From the sequence record HF562234.1: DNA of 32,000 nt, one strand, 5' to 3'. The notes beneath the pieces were generated by a model. It ran no database searches. It saw only the letters and a program-made list of their open reading frames with translations, and was not told the origin of the DNA. This document shows positions 21,055 through 31,533 of this stretch, in pieces. Positions within the stretch are counted from its first letter, which is position 1. Each line of letters starts with the position of its first letter. The position numbers and the translations under genes are program-made.

Positions 21055-21685
21055 TTATTTTTTCTAAGGCATTAACGGTAATAATAATTTTGTCTGCTTT
21101 AAGCAAGGCAAAAATGTTAAGTTGATCTATTTCTATTAATTCTATATTTGCTAAATTGCGAAGTGATAAATATAAATTGGAATTTTTATTAACAACTATA
21201 AGTAAAATTTTATTTTTTTTATTTAAATTTATGTTTAGATTATTAATAATTTCTATGATAGATTTAGTTTTGGGTGTATGAATATTTTCTCCGATCTTAT
21301 CAATTACACATGTTTGTTGAAATTTATTAAATAATAAAGTTTTAAGTGCGAGTTGTTGTTCTTTTTTATTAATTTTAGTTTTATATTTTCTGTTTTTAGG
21401 ACCAAAAATAACACCTCCTCCTTTCCACAACGGAGATCTAATGGATCCAACTCGTGCTCTACCAGTTCCTTTTTGCTTCCATGGTTTTTTTCCTCCTCCA
21501 CGTACATCGCTACGATTTTTTGTATTTGTTGTTCCCTGACGTTTATTATTCAGTTGTTTAATTAGCGCTCTATGTATAATATACATTCCATTTTTTTCAC
21601 TAATTTTTAATACAATATCTTTAGAATAATTGTTATTGTTATCTTCTGTGAATACGGAATATGTAATCTTATGTTTAATAACCAT
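21035..21685 (-). CDS. rpl4: Ribosomal protein L4
   Basis: 216 aa. Contains [40 protein letters not shown]. Confidence 0.95.
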   Translation of the reverse strand: MVIKHKITYSVFTEDNNNNYSKDIVLKISEKNGMYIIHRALIKQLNNKRQGTTNTKNRSDVRGGGKKPWKQKGTGRARVGSIRSPLWKGGGVIFGPKNRKYKTKINKKEQQLALKTLLFNKFQQTCVIDKIGENIHTPKTKSIIEIINNLNINLNKKNKILLIVVNKNSNLYLSLRNLANIELIEIDQLNIFALLKADKIIITVNALEKINEIYNA

Positions 21686-21689
21686 TTAT

Positions 21690-22316
21690 TTATCTTGTTT
21701 TAATACTTATAATACTACCAGGTTTACCTGGTACAGCGCCTTTAACTATGACAATATGTTTTTCTGAATTTATATCAATTATTTGTAAATTTTTGATAGT
21801 AACTTTATTGTTGCCCATTCGACCAGCCATTTTTTTCCCAGGGAATACTCTTCCTGGTGTTGTTCCTGCGCCAATGGAACCAGGTTGTCGATGATTTTTT
21901 GAACCATGTGTCATAGGTCCTCGACTAAAATGGTGCCTTTTTTGATATCCTGTAAAACCTTTCCCAATACTAAAACCAGATACGTTAATTAAGCTACCAA
22001 TTTTTAGTTCATCTACTGTAAGAATTTGACCTAAATTAAAGTTGTCTAAATCTAAAGAGTTGACTTTATATTCACGTAAATATCGTAAATGTGGTGCGTT
22101 AACTTTGTTTAAATGTCCTATTTCAGCTTTCGTTAAATAATTTTTACTATATTCTGCATATCCTATTTGAATAGCGGTGTATCCATCAGATGATATTTTT
22201 TTGATTTGTGTAATCATGCAAGGACCTAACTGTAACACAGTAACTGGTATAGCTTTCCCTGTTTTGCTGAACAGTTGTGTCATTCCAACTTTTCTTCCTA
22301 ATAAACCGATTGACAC
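21690..22316 (-). CDS. rpl3: Ribosomal protein L3 (GTG start)
   Basis: 208 aa reading (M)SIGLLGRKVGMTQLF. The start codon read from the sequence is GTG (plus strand CAC at 22314-22316). A GGAGA box lies about 12 nt upstream. Confidence 0.95.
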   Translation of the reverse strand: MSIGLLGRKVGMTQLFSKTGKAIPVTVLQLGPCMITQIKKISSDGYTAIQIGYAEYSKNYLTKAEIGHLNKVNAPHLRYLREYKVNSLDLDNFNLGQILTVDELKIGSLINVSGFSIGKGFTGYQKRHHFSRGPMTHGSKNHRQPGSIGAGTTPGRVFPGKKMAGRMGNNKVTIKNLQIIDINSEKHIVIVKGAVPGKPGSIISIKTR

Positions 22317-22338
22317 GATAATTATATCTCCAGATTAT
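22310..22338 (+). promoter_or_regulatory. Candidate distal promoter for dnaK (TTGACA-17-GATTAT)
   Basis: TTGACA at 22310-22315 overlaps the rpl3 GTG codon on the other strand. A 17-nt spacer precedes GATTAT at 22333-22338. It would give a dnaK leader of about 210 nt. Confidence 0.25.
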
Positions 22339-22377
22339 AAGAGATTTTTACACACAGGCCATAATTTATATATGTTT

Positions 22378-22406
22378 ATTATCTTTGAAATTTGTATAAT
22401 TTTCAA
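22378..22406 (-). promoter_or_regulatory. Candidate promoter for the rpl3-led ribosomal operon (TTGAAA-17-GATAAT)
   Basis: On the minus strand, TTGAAA lies at 22406-22401, then a 17-nt spacer, then GATAAT at 22383-22378, about 60 nt upstream of the rpl3 GTG. Confidence 0.35.
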
Positions 22407-22436
22407 GTTTTGTTGAAATTTGTTGTTTAATTTTAT

Positions 22437-22486
22437 TTATACTACTATGCTCAATTTATAAAAAGTAGTATAATTACTACTTTTTT
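22437..22486 (+). promoter_or_regulatory. Two mutually exclusive hairpins; the downstream one is followed by a T-run (attenuator-like) and lies upstream of dnaK
   Basis: Stem A is 22437-22446 (TTATACTACT) paired with 22464-22473 (AGTAGTATAA), 10 bp perfect. Stem B is 22460-22470 (AAAAAGTAGTA) paired with 22475-22485 (TACTACTTTTT), 11 bp perfect with a 4-nt loop; the T-run extends one further base to 22486. The two stems compete for 22464-22470. Confidence 0.35.
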
Positions 22487-22553
22487 GTATTGATAATATG
22501 TAGCAATATATATACAAGTATAGAATAAGTATAATATTTAAGGTGTATAAAGT

Positions 22554-24428
22554 ATGAGTAAAGTTGTTGGTATTGATTTAGGTACTACAAACTCTGTAGT
22601 TGCTGTAATGGAAGGTGGAAAACCTACTGTTATTCCGAATAAAGAAGGTTTAAGAACAACCCCATCTGTAGTTGCTTATACTAAGAAAAAAGATAAGCTA
22701 GTTGGGCATATTGCTAAAAGACAAGCTGTAATGAACCCAGAGAATACGTTCTACTCTGTTAAAAGGTTTATTGGACGTAAGCAAGAAGAGGTAAGTAACG
22801 AATCTAAACAGTCATCTTATAATATTAAAACAGATTCTAATCTAAATATTAAATTAGAATGTCCAGCTTTAAATAAAGATTTTTCTCCAGAAGAAGTATC
22901 AGCACAAGTTTTGAGAAAATTAGTAGAAGATGCTAGTACATATTTAGGACAAACTGTAACTCAAGCTGTAATTACAGTCCCTGCATATTTTAATGATTCT
23001 CAGAGACAAGCAACAAAAGATGCTGGTCAGATTGCTGGACTAGATGTCTTAAGAATAATTAATGAACCAACAGCAGCTTCATTGTCATATGGTTTAGATA
23101 AAAAAAACAATGAAACTATTTTGGTTTTTGATTTAGGAGGCGGCACATTTGATGTTTCTGTATTAGAAGTAGGAGACGGTGTTTTCGAGGTTTTATCTAC
23201 ATCAGGTGATACTCACTTAGGTGGAGATGATTTTGATAATAAGATAGTTTTATGGCTAATTGATGAATTTAAAAAAGATGAAGGTATTAATTTAAGTCAA
23301 GATAGACAGGCTTTACAGAGATTAACAGAAGCTGCAGAAAAAGCTAAAATGGAGTTATCTAATTTATCACAAACCGATATAAATTTACCTTTTATTACTT
23401 CGAATGATACAGGTCCTAAGCATTTAGAAAAAACTATAACGCGTGCAAAATTTGAAAATCTATCGAAAGATTTAATTGACCGTTGCCAAATACCTGTAAA
23501 TAATGCTTTGAAAGATGCACAGCTTGAATCAAGTAGTATAGATGAAATAGTCTTAGTTGGTGGTTCTACAAGAATACCTGCTATACAAGAACTAGTGAAA
23601 AAAATTATTGGTAAAGATCCTAATCAAAGTGTAAATCCAGATGAAGTAGTTGCTATTGGAGCAGCTGTTCAAGCAGGTGTTTTAGCTGGTGAAGTTAAAG
23701 ATATACTATTGTTAGATGTTACTCCTTTATCATTGGGGGTAGAAACTTTAGGTGGTGTAATGACAAAAATTATTGCACGAAATACAACTGTACCTACTAA
23801 AAAATCAGAAGTTTTCTCAACTGCTGTAGATAATCAGCCGAATGTAGAAATTCATATTCTACAAGGAGAACGAGAATTTACAAAAGATAATAAAAGCCTA
23901 GGAACTTTTAGACTGGATGGTATTATGCCAGCACCAAGAGGTGTACCTCAAATAGAAGTAACTTTCGATATAGATGCTAATGGTATTTTATCTGTCAAAG
24001 CCAAAGATAAAGGCACTGGTAAGGAACAATCAATCACTATTACGGGAGCTTCAACTTTGCCTAAAGAAGAAGTTGAAAAATTGATAAAAGATGCAGAGTA
24101 TAATGCTGAAGTTGATAAACAAAAGCGTGAAAAAATAGATTTAAAAAATCAAGCTGACTCTTTTTGTTATCAAACAGAAAATCAATTAAATGAGTTGGGT
24201 GATAAGGTTAGTGTAAAAGAAAAAGAGGATATCCAATCCATATTAACTAAATTAAAGCAAGCTGTTCAAGATGAAGATTATGATCTAATAAAATCTTTGC
24301 AAGATGAAGCGCAGAAAGCTTTAATGGAGATAGGAAAAAAAGCATACAATTCTCCTGAAGTTGATAAAAATAGCAATGAACAAACTTCTGAAGAATCTGT
24401 AATTGATACAGATTCTTCAGAAGCTTGA
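22554..24428 (+). CDS. dnaK: Hsp70 chaperone DnaK
   Basis: 624 aa. Contains [19 protein letters not shown] and [10 protein letters not shown]. An AAGGTG box lies upstream. Confidence 0.98.
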   Translation: MSKVVGIDLGTTNSVVAVMEGGKPTVIPNKEGLRTTPSVVAYTKKKDKLVGHIAKRQAVMNPENTFYSVKRFIGRKQEEVSNESKQSSYNIKTDSNLNIKLECPALNKDFSPEEVSAQVLRKLVEDASTYLGQTVTQAVITVPAYFNDSQRQATKDAGQIAGLDVLRIINEPTAASLSYGLDKKNNETILVFDLGGGTFDVSVLEVGDGVFEVLSTSGDTHLGGDDFDNKIVLWLIDEFKKDEGINLSQDRQALQRLTEAAEKAKMELSNLSQTDINLPFITSNDTGPKHLEKTITRAKFENLSKDLIDRCQIPVNNALKDAQLESSSIDEIVLVGGSTRIPAIQELVKKIIGKDPNQSVNPDEVVAIGAAVQAGVLAGEVKDILLLDVTPLSLGVETLGGVMTKIIARNTTVPTKKSEVFSTAVDNQPNVEIHILQGEREFTKDNKSLGTFRLDGIMPAPRGVPQIEVTFDIDANGILSVKAKDKGTGKEQSITITGASTLPKEEVEKLIKDAEYNAEVDKQKREKIDLKNQADSFCYQTENQLNELGDKVSVKEKEDIQSILTKLKQAVQDEDYDLIKSLQDEAQKALMEIGKKAYNSPEVDKNSNEQTSEESVIDTDSSEA

Positions 24429-24435
24429 TAGCTTA

Positions 24436-24507
<72 letters not shown>

Positions 24508-24617
24508 ATGAGCTAATATTCTCAAAAAATCTGTAGTTTGTCAAGTTTTTGAATATAGCAAAATAGAGATATAGTATTTATTTATACCTATTCTGTAAAA
24601 CTTTTATTAGCTTATTA

Positions 24618-24809
24618 TTATATAATAAATGAATTAACTAAACCTGTTATAATGACTAAGCCTGCCCATATTCCTGCACCAGTATAAATTAAATTTTTAG
24701 ATTGTTCCCATTGCCCAGGCGATGCTAGAGTGACAGGTATTCCTACAACTAATAAAGTTGATAATATTATTAAAATGAACACTAGTAATTGAACTGCGAT
24801 GATCATCAT
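24618..24809 (-). CDS. psbZ: Photosystem II protein PsbZ (ycf9)
   Basis: 63 aa with two transmembrane helices: QLLVFILIILSTLLVVGIPVTLASPGQW...GLVIITGLVNSFII. An AAAGGAGA box lies upstream. Confidence 0.9.
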   Translation of the reverse strand: MMIIAVQLLVFILIILSTLLVVGIPVTLASPGQWEQSKNLIYTGAGIWAGLVIITGLVNSFII

Positions 24810-25044
24810 CTATCTCCTTTTAAGAAATGTTGAAAAGTTTACTTATATAATAATTCATATTCTTCATTATATTTTAATGATTATTGTAAGATTTATATAT
24901 ATACAGACAAAGAATTGTAAATAAAACTTACCAATAGTATTTTATTTATATACTTTAATTGTTTTGTTCTATGAATAAAATATATAAGTGCCTATTTTTT
25001 TGTTAACATAAAAAATAAGAAGAAAATAGGAAAATATTAGATAT

Positions 25045-25073
25045 TTGATATACCATTGTTATAAGTATATATT
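25045..25073 (+). promoter_or_regulatory. Candidate promoter for psbK-petG (TTGATA-17-TATATT)
   Basis: TTGATA at 25045-25050, a 17-nt spacer, then TATATT at 25068-25073, about 45 nt upstream of the psbK ATG. Confidence 0.35.
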
Positions 25074-25116
25074 TTTTTACTATCTTTGTGTCAATTTATT
25101 TGGAGGATTTTATAGT

Positions 25117-25254
25117 ATGATTACAACTATGATAATTGCAAAATTACCAGAAGCTTATGCTATGTTTAGGCCGTTGGTAGATATTTTGCCAGTTATACCA
25201 GTATTTTTTTTACTCTTAGCATTTGTATGGCAAGCAGCAATTGGTTTTAGATAG
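25117..25254 (+). CDS. psbK: Photosystem II protein PsbK (precursor)
   Basis: The start is placed at the internal ATG, which is preceded by GGAGGA about 9 nt upstream. This gives 45 aa: [45 protein letters not shown]. Confidence 0.92.
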   Translation: MITTMIIAKLPEAYAMFRPLVDILPVIPVFFLLLAFVWQAAIGFR

Positions 25255-25312
25255 AATTAGCTTATATCATTTTCATACTTTAGAATTATTTTATAGATAT
25301 TTTATTTTTTAT

Positions 25313-25426
25313 ATGGTAGAACCTCTTTTATCGGGTATAGTTTTAGGTTTGATACCAGTTACATTAGCTGGTTTATTAGTTGCCGCTTATTTGCAATATC
25401 GTAGAGGCAATCAGTTTGGATTATAA
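25313..25426 (+). CDS. petG: Cytochrome b6f subunit PetG
   Basis: The start is placed at the internal ATG, giving 37 aa: [37 protein letters not shown]. Confidence 0.93.
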   Translation: MVEPLLSGIVLGLIPVTLAGLLVAAYLQYRRGNQFGL

Positions 25427-25465
25427 CTTATCTTTAACTCATTAAGCATCTGTATTGTTATATTT

Positions 25466-25504
25466 ATAAATACTCTTCAAGTAATACCTATTGAGAGTAT
25501 TTAT
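25466..25504. terminator. 11-bp stem with a 17-nt loop between convergent petG and rps14
   Basis: ATAAATACTCT (25466-25476) pairs with AGAGTATTTAT (25494-25504). Confidence 0.35.
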
Positions 25505-25512
25505 TTATTATT

Positions 25513-25815
25513 TTACCAGCTTGATTTTGTTATACCTGGCAATAAACATTCATGAGACATTTCTCTGAATACATGTCTTGATAGTCCAAAATCACTATAT
25601 ACACCTCTACTTCTACCTGTCATCCAGCATCTATTGCGTAATCTACACTTTGCACTATTTCTAGGCAATTTTTGTAGTTTTTTTTGTAATTCTATTTTTT
25701 CTATAAAATTAGAAGATAGTTTTATAGAATTTTTGATATTTTTTCTTTCTGTTTGATATTTTTTTACAAGTGCTTGTCTTTTTTTCTCTCTTTGAATCAT
25801 GCTTTTTTTAGCCAT
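25513..25815 (-). CDS. rps14: Ribosomal protein S14
   Basis: 100 aa. Starts [14 protein letters not shown] and ends with [43 protein letters not shown]. Confidence 0.96.
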   Translation of the reverse strand: MAKKSMIQREKKRQALVKKYQTERKNIKNSIKLSSNFIEKIELQKKLQKLPRNSAKCRLRNRCWMTGRSRGVYSDFGLSRHVFREMSHECLLPGITKSSW

Positions 25816-25850
25816 ATAGTATATTTATTGCGTTTAAATTATATTTGTAT

Positions 25851-25877
25851 ATTATACAATTTTTATTGTTATTGCAA
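25851..25877 (-). promoter_or_regulatory. Candidate rps14 promoter (TTGCAA-15-TATAAT)
   Basis: On the minus strand, TTGCAA lies at 25877-25872, then a 15-nt spacer (short), then TATAAT at 25856-25851, about 35 nt upstream of the rps14 ATG. Confidence 0.25.
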
Positions 25878-25921
25878 TAATTAAGCCATCTATAAATGTT
25901 AGATTATAGACGGCTTAATTA
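25878..25921. terminator. 17-position stem (one A/C mismatch) with a 10-nt loop, downstream of psaB and upstream of rps14
   Basis: TAATTAAGCCATCTATA (25878-25894) pairs with TATAGACGGCTTAATTA (25905-25921). The single mismatch is between 25888 and 25911. Confidence 0.5.
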
Positions 25922-25945
25922 ATATATAATGTTATATGTAATATT

Positions 25946-28150
25946 TTAACCAAATTTACCTGAAGTAGATGCTATCACAAATGCTGCATATGTTAAAATA
26001 TAGCCTACAGAAAAATGTGCTAGACCAACTAATCTTGCTTGTACGATTGATAAAGCTACAGGTTTGTCTTTCCACCTAATTAAATTAGCTAAAGGAGTTC
26101 TTTCATGTGCCCATGCAAGAGTTTCTATAAGTTCTTGCCAATAACCTCTCCATGAGATTAAGAACATAAATCCAGTTGCCCATACAAGATGACCGAATAA
26201 AAACATCCATGCCCAGACAGATAAATTATTCATGCCATATGGATTGTATCCATTAATTAGAGGAGAAGAGTTAAGCCATAAGTAATCTCTTAGCCATCCC
26301 ATTAAATATGTTGAGGATTCATTAAATTGACTAATATTACCTTGCCAAATAGTAACATGTTTCCAATGCCAATAGAATGTAACCCAACCAATTGTATTTA
26401 GCATCCAAAATACAGAAAGATAGAAAGCATCCCATGCAGAGATATCGCATGTACCACCACGACCAGGTCCATCGCAAGGAAAGCTGTAACCAAAATCTTT
26501 CTTGTCAGGCATTAATTTTGAGCCCCTAGCGTCTAAAGCACCTTTCACTAGTATAAGTGTTGTTGTATGTAATCCTAAAGCAATAGCATGGTGTACTAAA
26601 AAATCTCCAGGTCCAATAGTTAAAAATAAAGAATTTTTACTATTATTTATAGCTTCTAGCCAACCTGGTAGCCATACGCTATTACCTGCTTGTGTTGCAA
26701 TATTAGATGTAGAAGATAGTAAAACATCAAATCCATATAAGCCTTTTCCAGAACTTGCTTGTATCCATTGTGCAAATACAGGCTCTATTAAAATTTGCTT
26801 TTCTGGTGTACCAAAAGCTATCATTGTGTCATTGTGAATATATAGTCCAAGAGTATGAAATCCTAGGAAAAGAGATACCCAGCTTAAGTGAGATATAATA
26901 GCCTCTTTGTGTTCTAGCATTCTTGCTAATACATTATCTTTATTTTGCTCTGGATCATAATCTCTAACAAAGAATATTGCTCCATGCGCAAAAGCACCTA
27001 CCATTAAGAATCCAGCAATGTATTGATGATGTGTATATAAAGCAGCTTGTGTTGTAAAATCCTTTGCCATAAAAGCATAAGGTGGCATAGCATACATGTG
27101 CTGTGCAACTAAAGATGTTATAACTCCTAAAGATGCAAGTGCCAAACCTAGTTGTATATGTAATGAGTTAGTAATAGTTTCATATAGTCCTTGATGGCCT
27201 AGCCCTAAGCGACCACTAGGTGGTTTATGTGCATCTAATATATCTTTTAAATTGTGTCCAATGCCCCAGTTAGTTTTGTACATGTGACCTGCAATAATAA
27301 ATAAAATCGCAATAGCTAAATGATGATGCGCCATATCTGTTAGCCATAATGATTGACTTTGTGGATGAAATCCTCCCAAGAAAGTTAATATAGCTGTACC
27401 AGCACCTTCTGTTGTACCAAAGCTGTGATTTAAACTATCTGGATTTGCAGCGTATTCGTACCATTTACCAGTAAAGAAAGGTTGTAAGCCTAGTGGATGT
27501 GGTAAAGTTGTAGTAAAATTATCCCAGCCTATATGTTGTCCGCGAGATTCTGGGATTGCGACATGAACTAAATGTCCTGTCCAAGCTAATGAACTAAATC
27601 CAAATAAACCTGATAAATGATGATTTAGTCTTGATTCATTATTCTTAAACCAAGATAGCCCAGGTTTAAATTTGGGCTGCAAGTGCAGCCAACCAGCAAA
27701 TAGCATTAATGCAGACAATATTAATAATAGAAGTGCACCACTGTATAAATCATTATTAGTTCGCATGCCAATTGTATACCACCAATGGTATACACCTGAA
27801 AAACAAAGATTCACGGGATAAGATGCTCCACCTTTTGTGAATGCTTTAATAGCTGGCTGTCCAAAATGAGGATCCCATATAGCATGTGCGATCGGTTTAG
27901 TTTTTAATGGATTTAAAACCCATTGCTCGAAATTACCTTGCCAGGCAATATGAAATAAATTACCTGATGTCCATAAAAATATAATAGCAATATGCCCGAA
28001 ATGAGATGCGAAAATCTTTTGATATAGATTTTCTTCTGTCATTCCATCATGACTTTCAAAATCATGTGCAGTAGCTATTCCGTACCAAATCCTTCTTGTA
28101 GTAGGATCTTGAGCCAATGCTTGGCTAAACTTCGGAAATTTTGTTCCCAT
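25946..28150 (-). CDS. psaB: Photosystem I P700 apoprotein A2
   Basis: 734 aa. Contains the FX-binding loop [18 protein letters not shown] and starts [35 protein letters not shown]. Confidence 0.98.
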   Translation of the reverse strand: MGTKFPKFSQALAQDPTTRRIWYGIATAHDFESHDGMTEENLYQKIFASHFGHIAIIFLWTSGNLFHIAWQGNFEQWVLNPLKTKPIAHAIWDPHFGQPAIKAFTKGGASYPVNLCFSGVYHWWYTIGMRTNNDLYSGALLLLILSALMLFAGWLHLQPKFKPGLSWFKNNESRLNHHLSGLFGFSSLAWTGHLVHVAIPESRGQHIGWDNFTTTLPHPLGLQPFFTGKWYEYAANPDSLNHSFGTTEGAGTAILTFLGGFHPQSQSLWLTDMAHHHLAIAILFIIAGHMYKTNWGIGHNLKDILDAHKPPSGRLGLGHQGLYETITNSLHIQLGLALASLGVITSLVAQHMYAMPPYAFMAKDFTTQAALYTHHQYIAGFLMVGAFAHGAIFFVRDYDPEQNKDNVLARMLEHKEAIISHLSWVSLFLGFHTLGLYIHNDTMIAFGTPEKQILIEPVFAQWIQASSGKGLYGFDVLLSSTSNIATQAGNSVWLPGWLEAINNSKNSLFLTIGPGDFLVHHAIALGLHTTTLILVKGALDARGSKLMPDKKDFGYSFPCDGPGRGGTCDISAWDAFYLSVFWMLNTIGWVTFYWHWKHVTIWQGNISQFNESSTYLMGWLRDYLWLNSSPLINGYNPYGMNNLSVWAWMFLFGHLVWATGFMFLISWRGYWQELIETLAWAHERTPLANLIRWKDKPVALSIVQARLVGLAHFSVGYILTYAAFVIASTSGKFG

Positions 28151-28171
28151 TGTATTGTTTTAATTCCTTTT

Positions 28172-30430
28172 TTATCCTACTGATATTATTCTTGCTAAGA
28201 AAAAAGCCCATGTTGTACCTATTCCACCTAATAAGTAATGTGCTACACCAACAGCTCGACCTTGTGTAATGCTTAAAGCTCTTGGTTGAATAGATGGAGC
28301 TACTTTTACTTTATTATGTGCCCATACAATTGATTCTATAAGTTCTTGCCAATAACCACGACCACTAAATAAAAACATTAAGCTAAATGCCCATATGAAA
28401 TGTGCTCCTAAGAATATTAAGCCATATGCAGATAGCGCTGATCCGTATGATTGAATTACTTGTGAAGCTTGTGCCCAAAGAAAATCTCTCAGCCATCCAT
28501 TAATGGTAATAGCACTTTGTGCAAAATTTCCTCCTGTTATATGTGATACTTTACCTGATGTTGTTACACTACCCCATACATCAGACTGCATTTTCCAGCT
28601 AAAATGAAATATAGCAATTGATAATGAATTATACATCCAGAATAGTCCAAGAAATACATGATCCCATCCAGAGACTTGGCATGTGCCGCCACGACCAGGA
28701 CCATCACAAGGAAAACGAAAACCTAGATTTGATTTATCAGGAATTAATCTTGAATTTCTTGAAAACAAGAACCCTTTTACTAGTATTAAAACAGTAACAT
28801 GTATTGTAAATGCATGTATATGATGAACCATAAAATCAGCTGTACCTAATGAAATAGGCATCATTGCTATCTTATTACCAATTGTTATAACTTCTCCACC
28901 AAATGCATAGCTAGCAGTAGCTAATGAGTTTGGGCTAGTATTACTGGGTGCAAGTGTATGTATATTTTGAACCCATTGAGCAAATATTGGTTGTAATTGA
29001 ATAGCTGTGTCGGAAAACATGTCTTGTGATCTTCCTAATGCTCTCATTGTATCATTGTGTACATATAGTCCAAATGAATGGAAACCTAAAAATATACATA
29101 CCCAATTCAGATGAGATATTATAGCGTCTCTATGTCTTATTATCCTATCAAGAACATTATTATAGTTTTGTGCAGGATTATAGTCTCTAACCATAAATAT
29201 CGATGCATGTGCACCAGCACCAACAATACAAAAACCACCTATCCACATATGGTGAGTAAATAAAGATAATTGTGTTGGATAATCTGTTGCAATATAGGGA
29301 TATGGAGGCATCGCATACATATGGTGAGCTACAATAATACTTAATGATCCCATCATTGCTAAGTTTATAGCTAATTGAGCATGCCAAGAAGTTGTTAAAA
29401 TCTCGTATAAACCTTTATGTCCTTCACCAGTAAATGGACCTTTATGTGCTTCTAATATTTCTTTCATGCTATGTCCAATACCCCAATTAGTACGGTACAT
29501 ATGACCAGCTACTAAAAATAGTACAGCTAGTGCTAAATGGTGATGAGCTATATCACTTAACCATAAACCACCTGTTACTGGATTCAGACCACCTTTGAAA
29601 GTTAAAAAATCAGAATATTCATTCCAGTTTAAAGTAAAGAACGGTATAATTCCTTTATTAAAACTAGGATATAATTGTGACATTAATTCTCTATTGACTA
29701 AAAACTCATGAGGTAAAGGTAGCTCTTGAGGAGCAATACCTGCATCTAGTAATTTATTAATAGGTAAAGCAATATGAATTTGATGACCAGCCCAGCTTAA
29801 ACATCCTAGTCCTAGGAGGCCAGCTAAGTGGTGATTCATCATTGATTCAACATTTTGAAACCATTCGAGTTTAGGTGCTGCTTTATGATAATGGAACCAA
29901 CCAGCAAAAACCATTAATGCTGACATAAATAAGCCGCCTATTGCTGTAGCATATAGTTCAACTTCTGTAGTAATACCGGAAGCTCTCCATAGCTGAAAAA
30001 AACCAGATGTGATTTGAACACCTTGGAAACCTCCTCCAACGTCGCCATTTAGAATTTCTTGTCCTACTATGGGCCATACAATTTGCGCACTAGGTTTAAT
30101 TATAGTTGGATTACTTAACCATGAAACATAGTTAGAAAAACGAGCACCATGAAAATACATACCACTAAGCCATAAAAATATAATAGCTAGCTGGCCGAAA
30201 TGTGCGCTAAAAATTTTTCTTGAAACTTCTTCTAATGAACTTGTATGACTGTCAAAGTCGTGAGCATCTGCATGTAAATTCCAGATCCATGTTGTTGTTT
30301 TAGGACCTTTTGCAAGTACTCGTGAAAAATGGCCTGGTTTTGCCCATTTTTCAAAAGATGTACTTACTACATTTTTATCTACAGTTACTTTAACTTTTTT
30401 TGTCTCTTGCTCTTGTGAGCTAATTGCCAT
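28172..30430 (-). CDS. psaA: Photosystem I P700 apoprotein A1
   Basis: 752 aa. Contains the FX-binding loop [25 protein letters not shown] box lies about 8 nt upstream. It is separated from psaB by 21 nt. Confidence 0.98.
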   Translation of the reverse strand: MAISSQEQETKKVKVTVDKNVVSTSFEKWAKPGHFSRVLAKGPKTTTWIWNLHADAHDFDSHTSSLEEVSRKIFSAHFGQLAIIFLWLSGMYFHGARFSNYVSWLSNPTIIKPSAQIVWPIVGQEILNGDVGGGFQGVQITSGFFQLWRASGITTEVELYATAIGGLFMSALMVFAGWFHYHKAAPKLEWFQNVESMMNHHLAGLLGLGCLSWAGHQIHIALPINKLLDAGIAPQELPLPHEFLVNRELMSQLYPSFNKGIIPFFTLNWNEYSDFLTFKGGLNPVTGGLWLSDIAHHHLALAVLFLVAGHMYRTNWGIGHSMKEILEAHKGPFTGEGHKGLYEILTTSWHAQLAINLAMMGSLSIIVAHHMYAMPPYPYIATDYPTQLSLFTHHMWIGGFCIVGAGAHASIFMVRDYNPAQNYNNVLDRIIRHRDAIISHLNWVCIFLGFHSFGLYVHNDTMRALGRSQDMFSDTAIQLQPIFAQWVQNIHTLAPSNTSPNSLATASYAFGGEVITIGNKIAMMPISLGTADFMVHHIHAFTIHVTVLILVKGFLFSRNSRLIPDKSNLGFRFPCDGPGRGGTCQVSGWDHVFLGLFWMYNSLSIAIFHFSWKMQSDVWGSVTTSGKVSHITGGNFAQSAITINGWLRDFLWAQASQVIQSYGSALSAYGLIFLGAHFIWAFSLMFLFSGRGYWQELIESIVWAHNKVKVAPSIQPRALSITQGRAVGVAHYLLGGIGTTWAFFLARIISVG

Positions 30431-30600
30431 CGAGTTGCTCCTCTCTATTTTAAATAAAATGAGATAAGGAATAAAACGCTCAACAAGTATCTCTTTTATA
30501 AATGGATATTTTTTGGATATGTGAGTTTTTATTACATTCTTACATTATAAATATATTCTATATTTTATTTAATATCTGTTAACAATAGTTAAAATCTCAT

Positions 30601-31077
30601 TTATTCTAGAATAGGCTTAACTTTCATTAATGCTTGTCCACAATCAACAATATCACCATCTTGAACTAGTATTTCAACTATTTCGCCATTTACTTCTGCT
30701 TCGATCTCATTCATTAGTTTCATCGCTTCAATTATACATACTGTTTGTTTTTGTTGTACAATATCGTATAAATCTATAAATGATGGTTCGCCTGGAGCAG
30801 GTGATCTATAAAATGTACCTACCATAGGAGATACTATTGTTGAATATATTTCTAATTTACGATTAGAAAGCTCATTGTCTGGAATAGAACTAATTTGATT
30901 ATTTGTACTTTTTTTCACATTAGTATTTTTATTTCTTAGTCCAATTATTTGTTTATTTATTATGTCTGATTTATTAATAGTTAGTTCAAACTCTTGACTT
31001 TTTACATTTATTTCTTGTATTTGTTTATTTTGAATAGAATGTAAAAGTTGTTTTAAATCATCTATTTGAAATTTCAT
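30601..31077 (-). CDS. accB: Biotin carboxyl carrier protein of acetyl-CoA carboxylase
   Basis: 158 aa. The C-terminal biotinyl domain carries the biotinylation motif IEAMKLMNEIEA. The N-terminal and linker regions are low-complexity. Confidence 0.9.
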   Translation of the reverse strand: MKFQIDDLKQLLHSIQNKQIQEINVKSQEFELTINKSDIINKQIIGLRNKNTNVKKSTNNQISSIPDNELSNRKLEIYSTIVSPMVGTFYRSPAPGEPSFIDLYDIVQQKQTVCIIEAMKLMNEIEAEVNGEIVEILVQDGDIVDCGQALMKVKPILE

Positions 31078-31108
31078 ATTAATATATAATCCTTTAACTA
31101 TTTGCTGT

Positions 31109-31330
31109 CTATAATTCCGTATATTTTTCTGAGGATATGACTTCTAATTCTTTTGAAAATATCCATATCCTAGTGCAATCTTCAAATTCTATAATTGGTA
31201 CTGTATCATTACAGGAAATTATTCTTTTTCCAACTATAGTTCCAACTTTATCTATATAATGTACAATTTTTACATTATTTTTAGTATTCATTTCTTTTAT
31301 TTTTACATTTTTACCTGTCTTCATACTCAT
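31109..31330 (-). CDS. Hypothetical 73-aa protein (orf73), possibly a small SH3/KOW-like beta protein
   Basis: The ORF has an ATG start, lies on the same strand 31 nt upstream of accB, and is the only ORF in this gap. The pattern VGTIVGKR...IIEFEDCTRIWIFSKELEVI loosely recalls PsaE/NdhS-like small barrels. I have no family assignment. Confidence 0.4.
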   Translation of the reverse strand: MSMKTGKNVKIKEMNTKNNVKIVHYIDKVGTIVGKRIISCNDTVPIIEFEDCTRIWIFSKELEVISSEKYTEL

Positions 31331-31533
31331 TATTAATTATTTATTAAATGTATATTATGTGTCAAAATTAATTGTTATATACATGATATAAGTTAATTTA
31401 GTGTACTATAAATAATGGATATTTAAAATAAAGAGCATATTAGCAAATTAATGATAGAATTTTTAGAGCAAGGTCAATTTAGAATCATAGCTGAATTATC
31501 GATTTTTTATACGCAAACTAAACAATAAAAAAA

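Noticed and set aside
21304-21565. ORFs 21304-21507 (minus, alternate frame) and 21353-21565 (plus) lie inside rpl4. Similar internal ORFs occur in secY, rps5, rpl5, rps17, rpl16, rps3, rpoA, rps11, rpl3 and ycf38.
   Set aside because: All are nested in recognisable genes, and their Lys/Asn/Ile/Phe-rich translations are expected from AT-rich DNA. There is no independent support.
25045-25312. The track ORFs for psbK (from 25045) and petG (from 25223) carry upstream extensions.
   Set aside because: The extensions are not conserved-looking, and the psbK extension starts at TTG. The internal ATGs give the canonical PsbK precursor, with GGAGGA upstream, and the 37-aa PetG.
26502-26837. A 111-aa plus-strand ORF lies antisense to psaB. 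Similar ORFs exist in other frames or strands: 29187-29387 in psaA, 5635-5892 and 5651-5845 over psbB, and 8705-8893 in tufA.
   Set aside because: They are embedded in highly conserved genes, have no recognisable motifs and no ribosome-binding context. They are shadow or alternate-frame ORFs.
31451-31528. A 25-codon upstream ORF ([25 protein letters not shown]) ends 5 nt before the ycf45 ATG.
   Set aside because: I considered it as a frameshifted ycf45 N-terminus or a regulatory uORF. However, the ycf45 N-terminus at 31534 (MLIADDL...) already matches the family start as I recall it. There is no Shine-Dalgarno box, and short ORFs of this size are common by chance.
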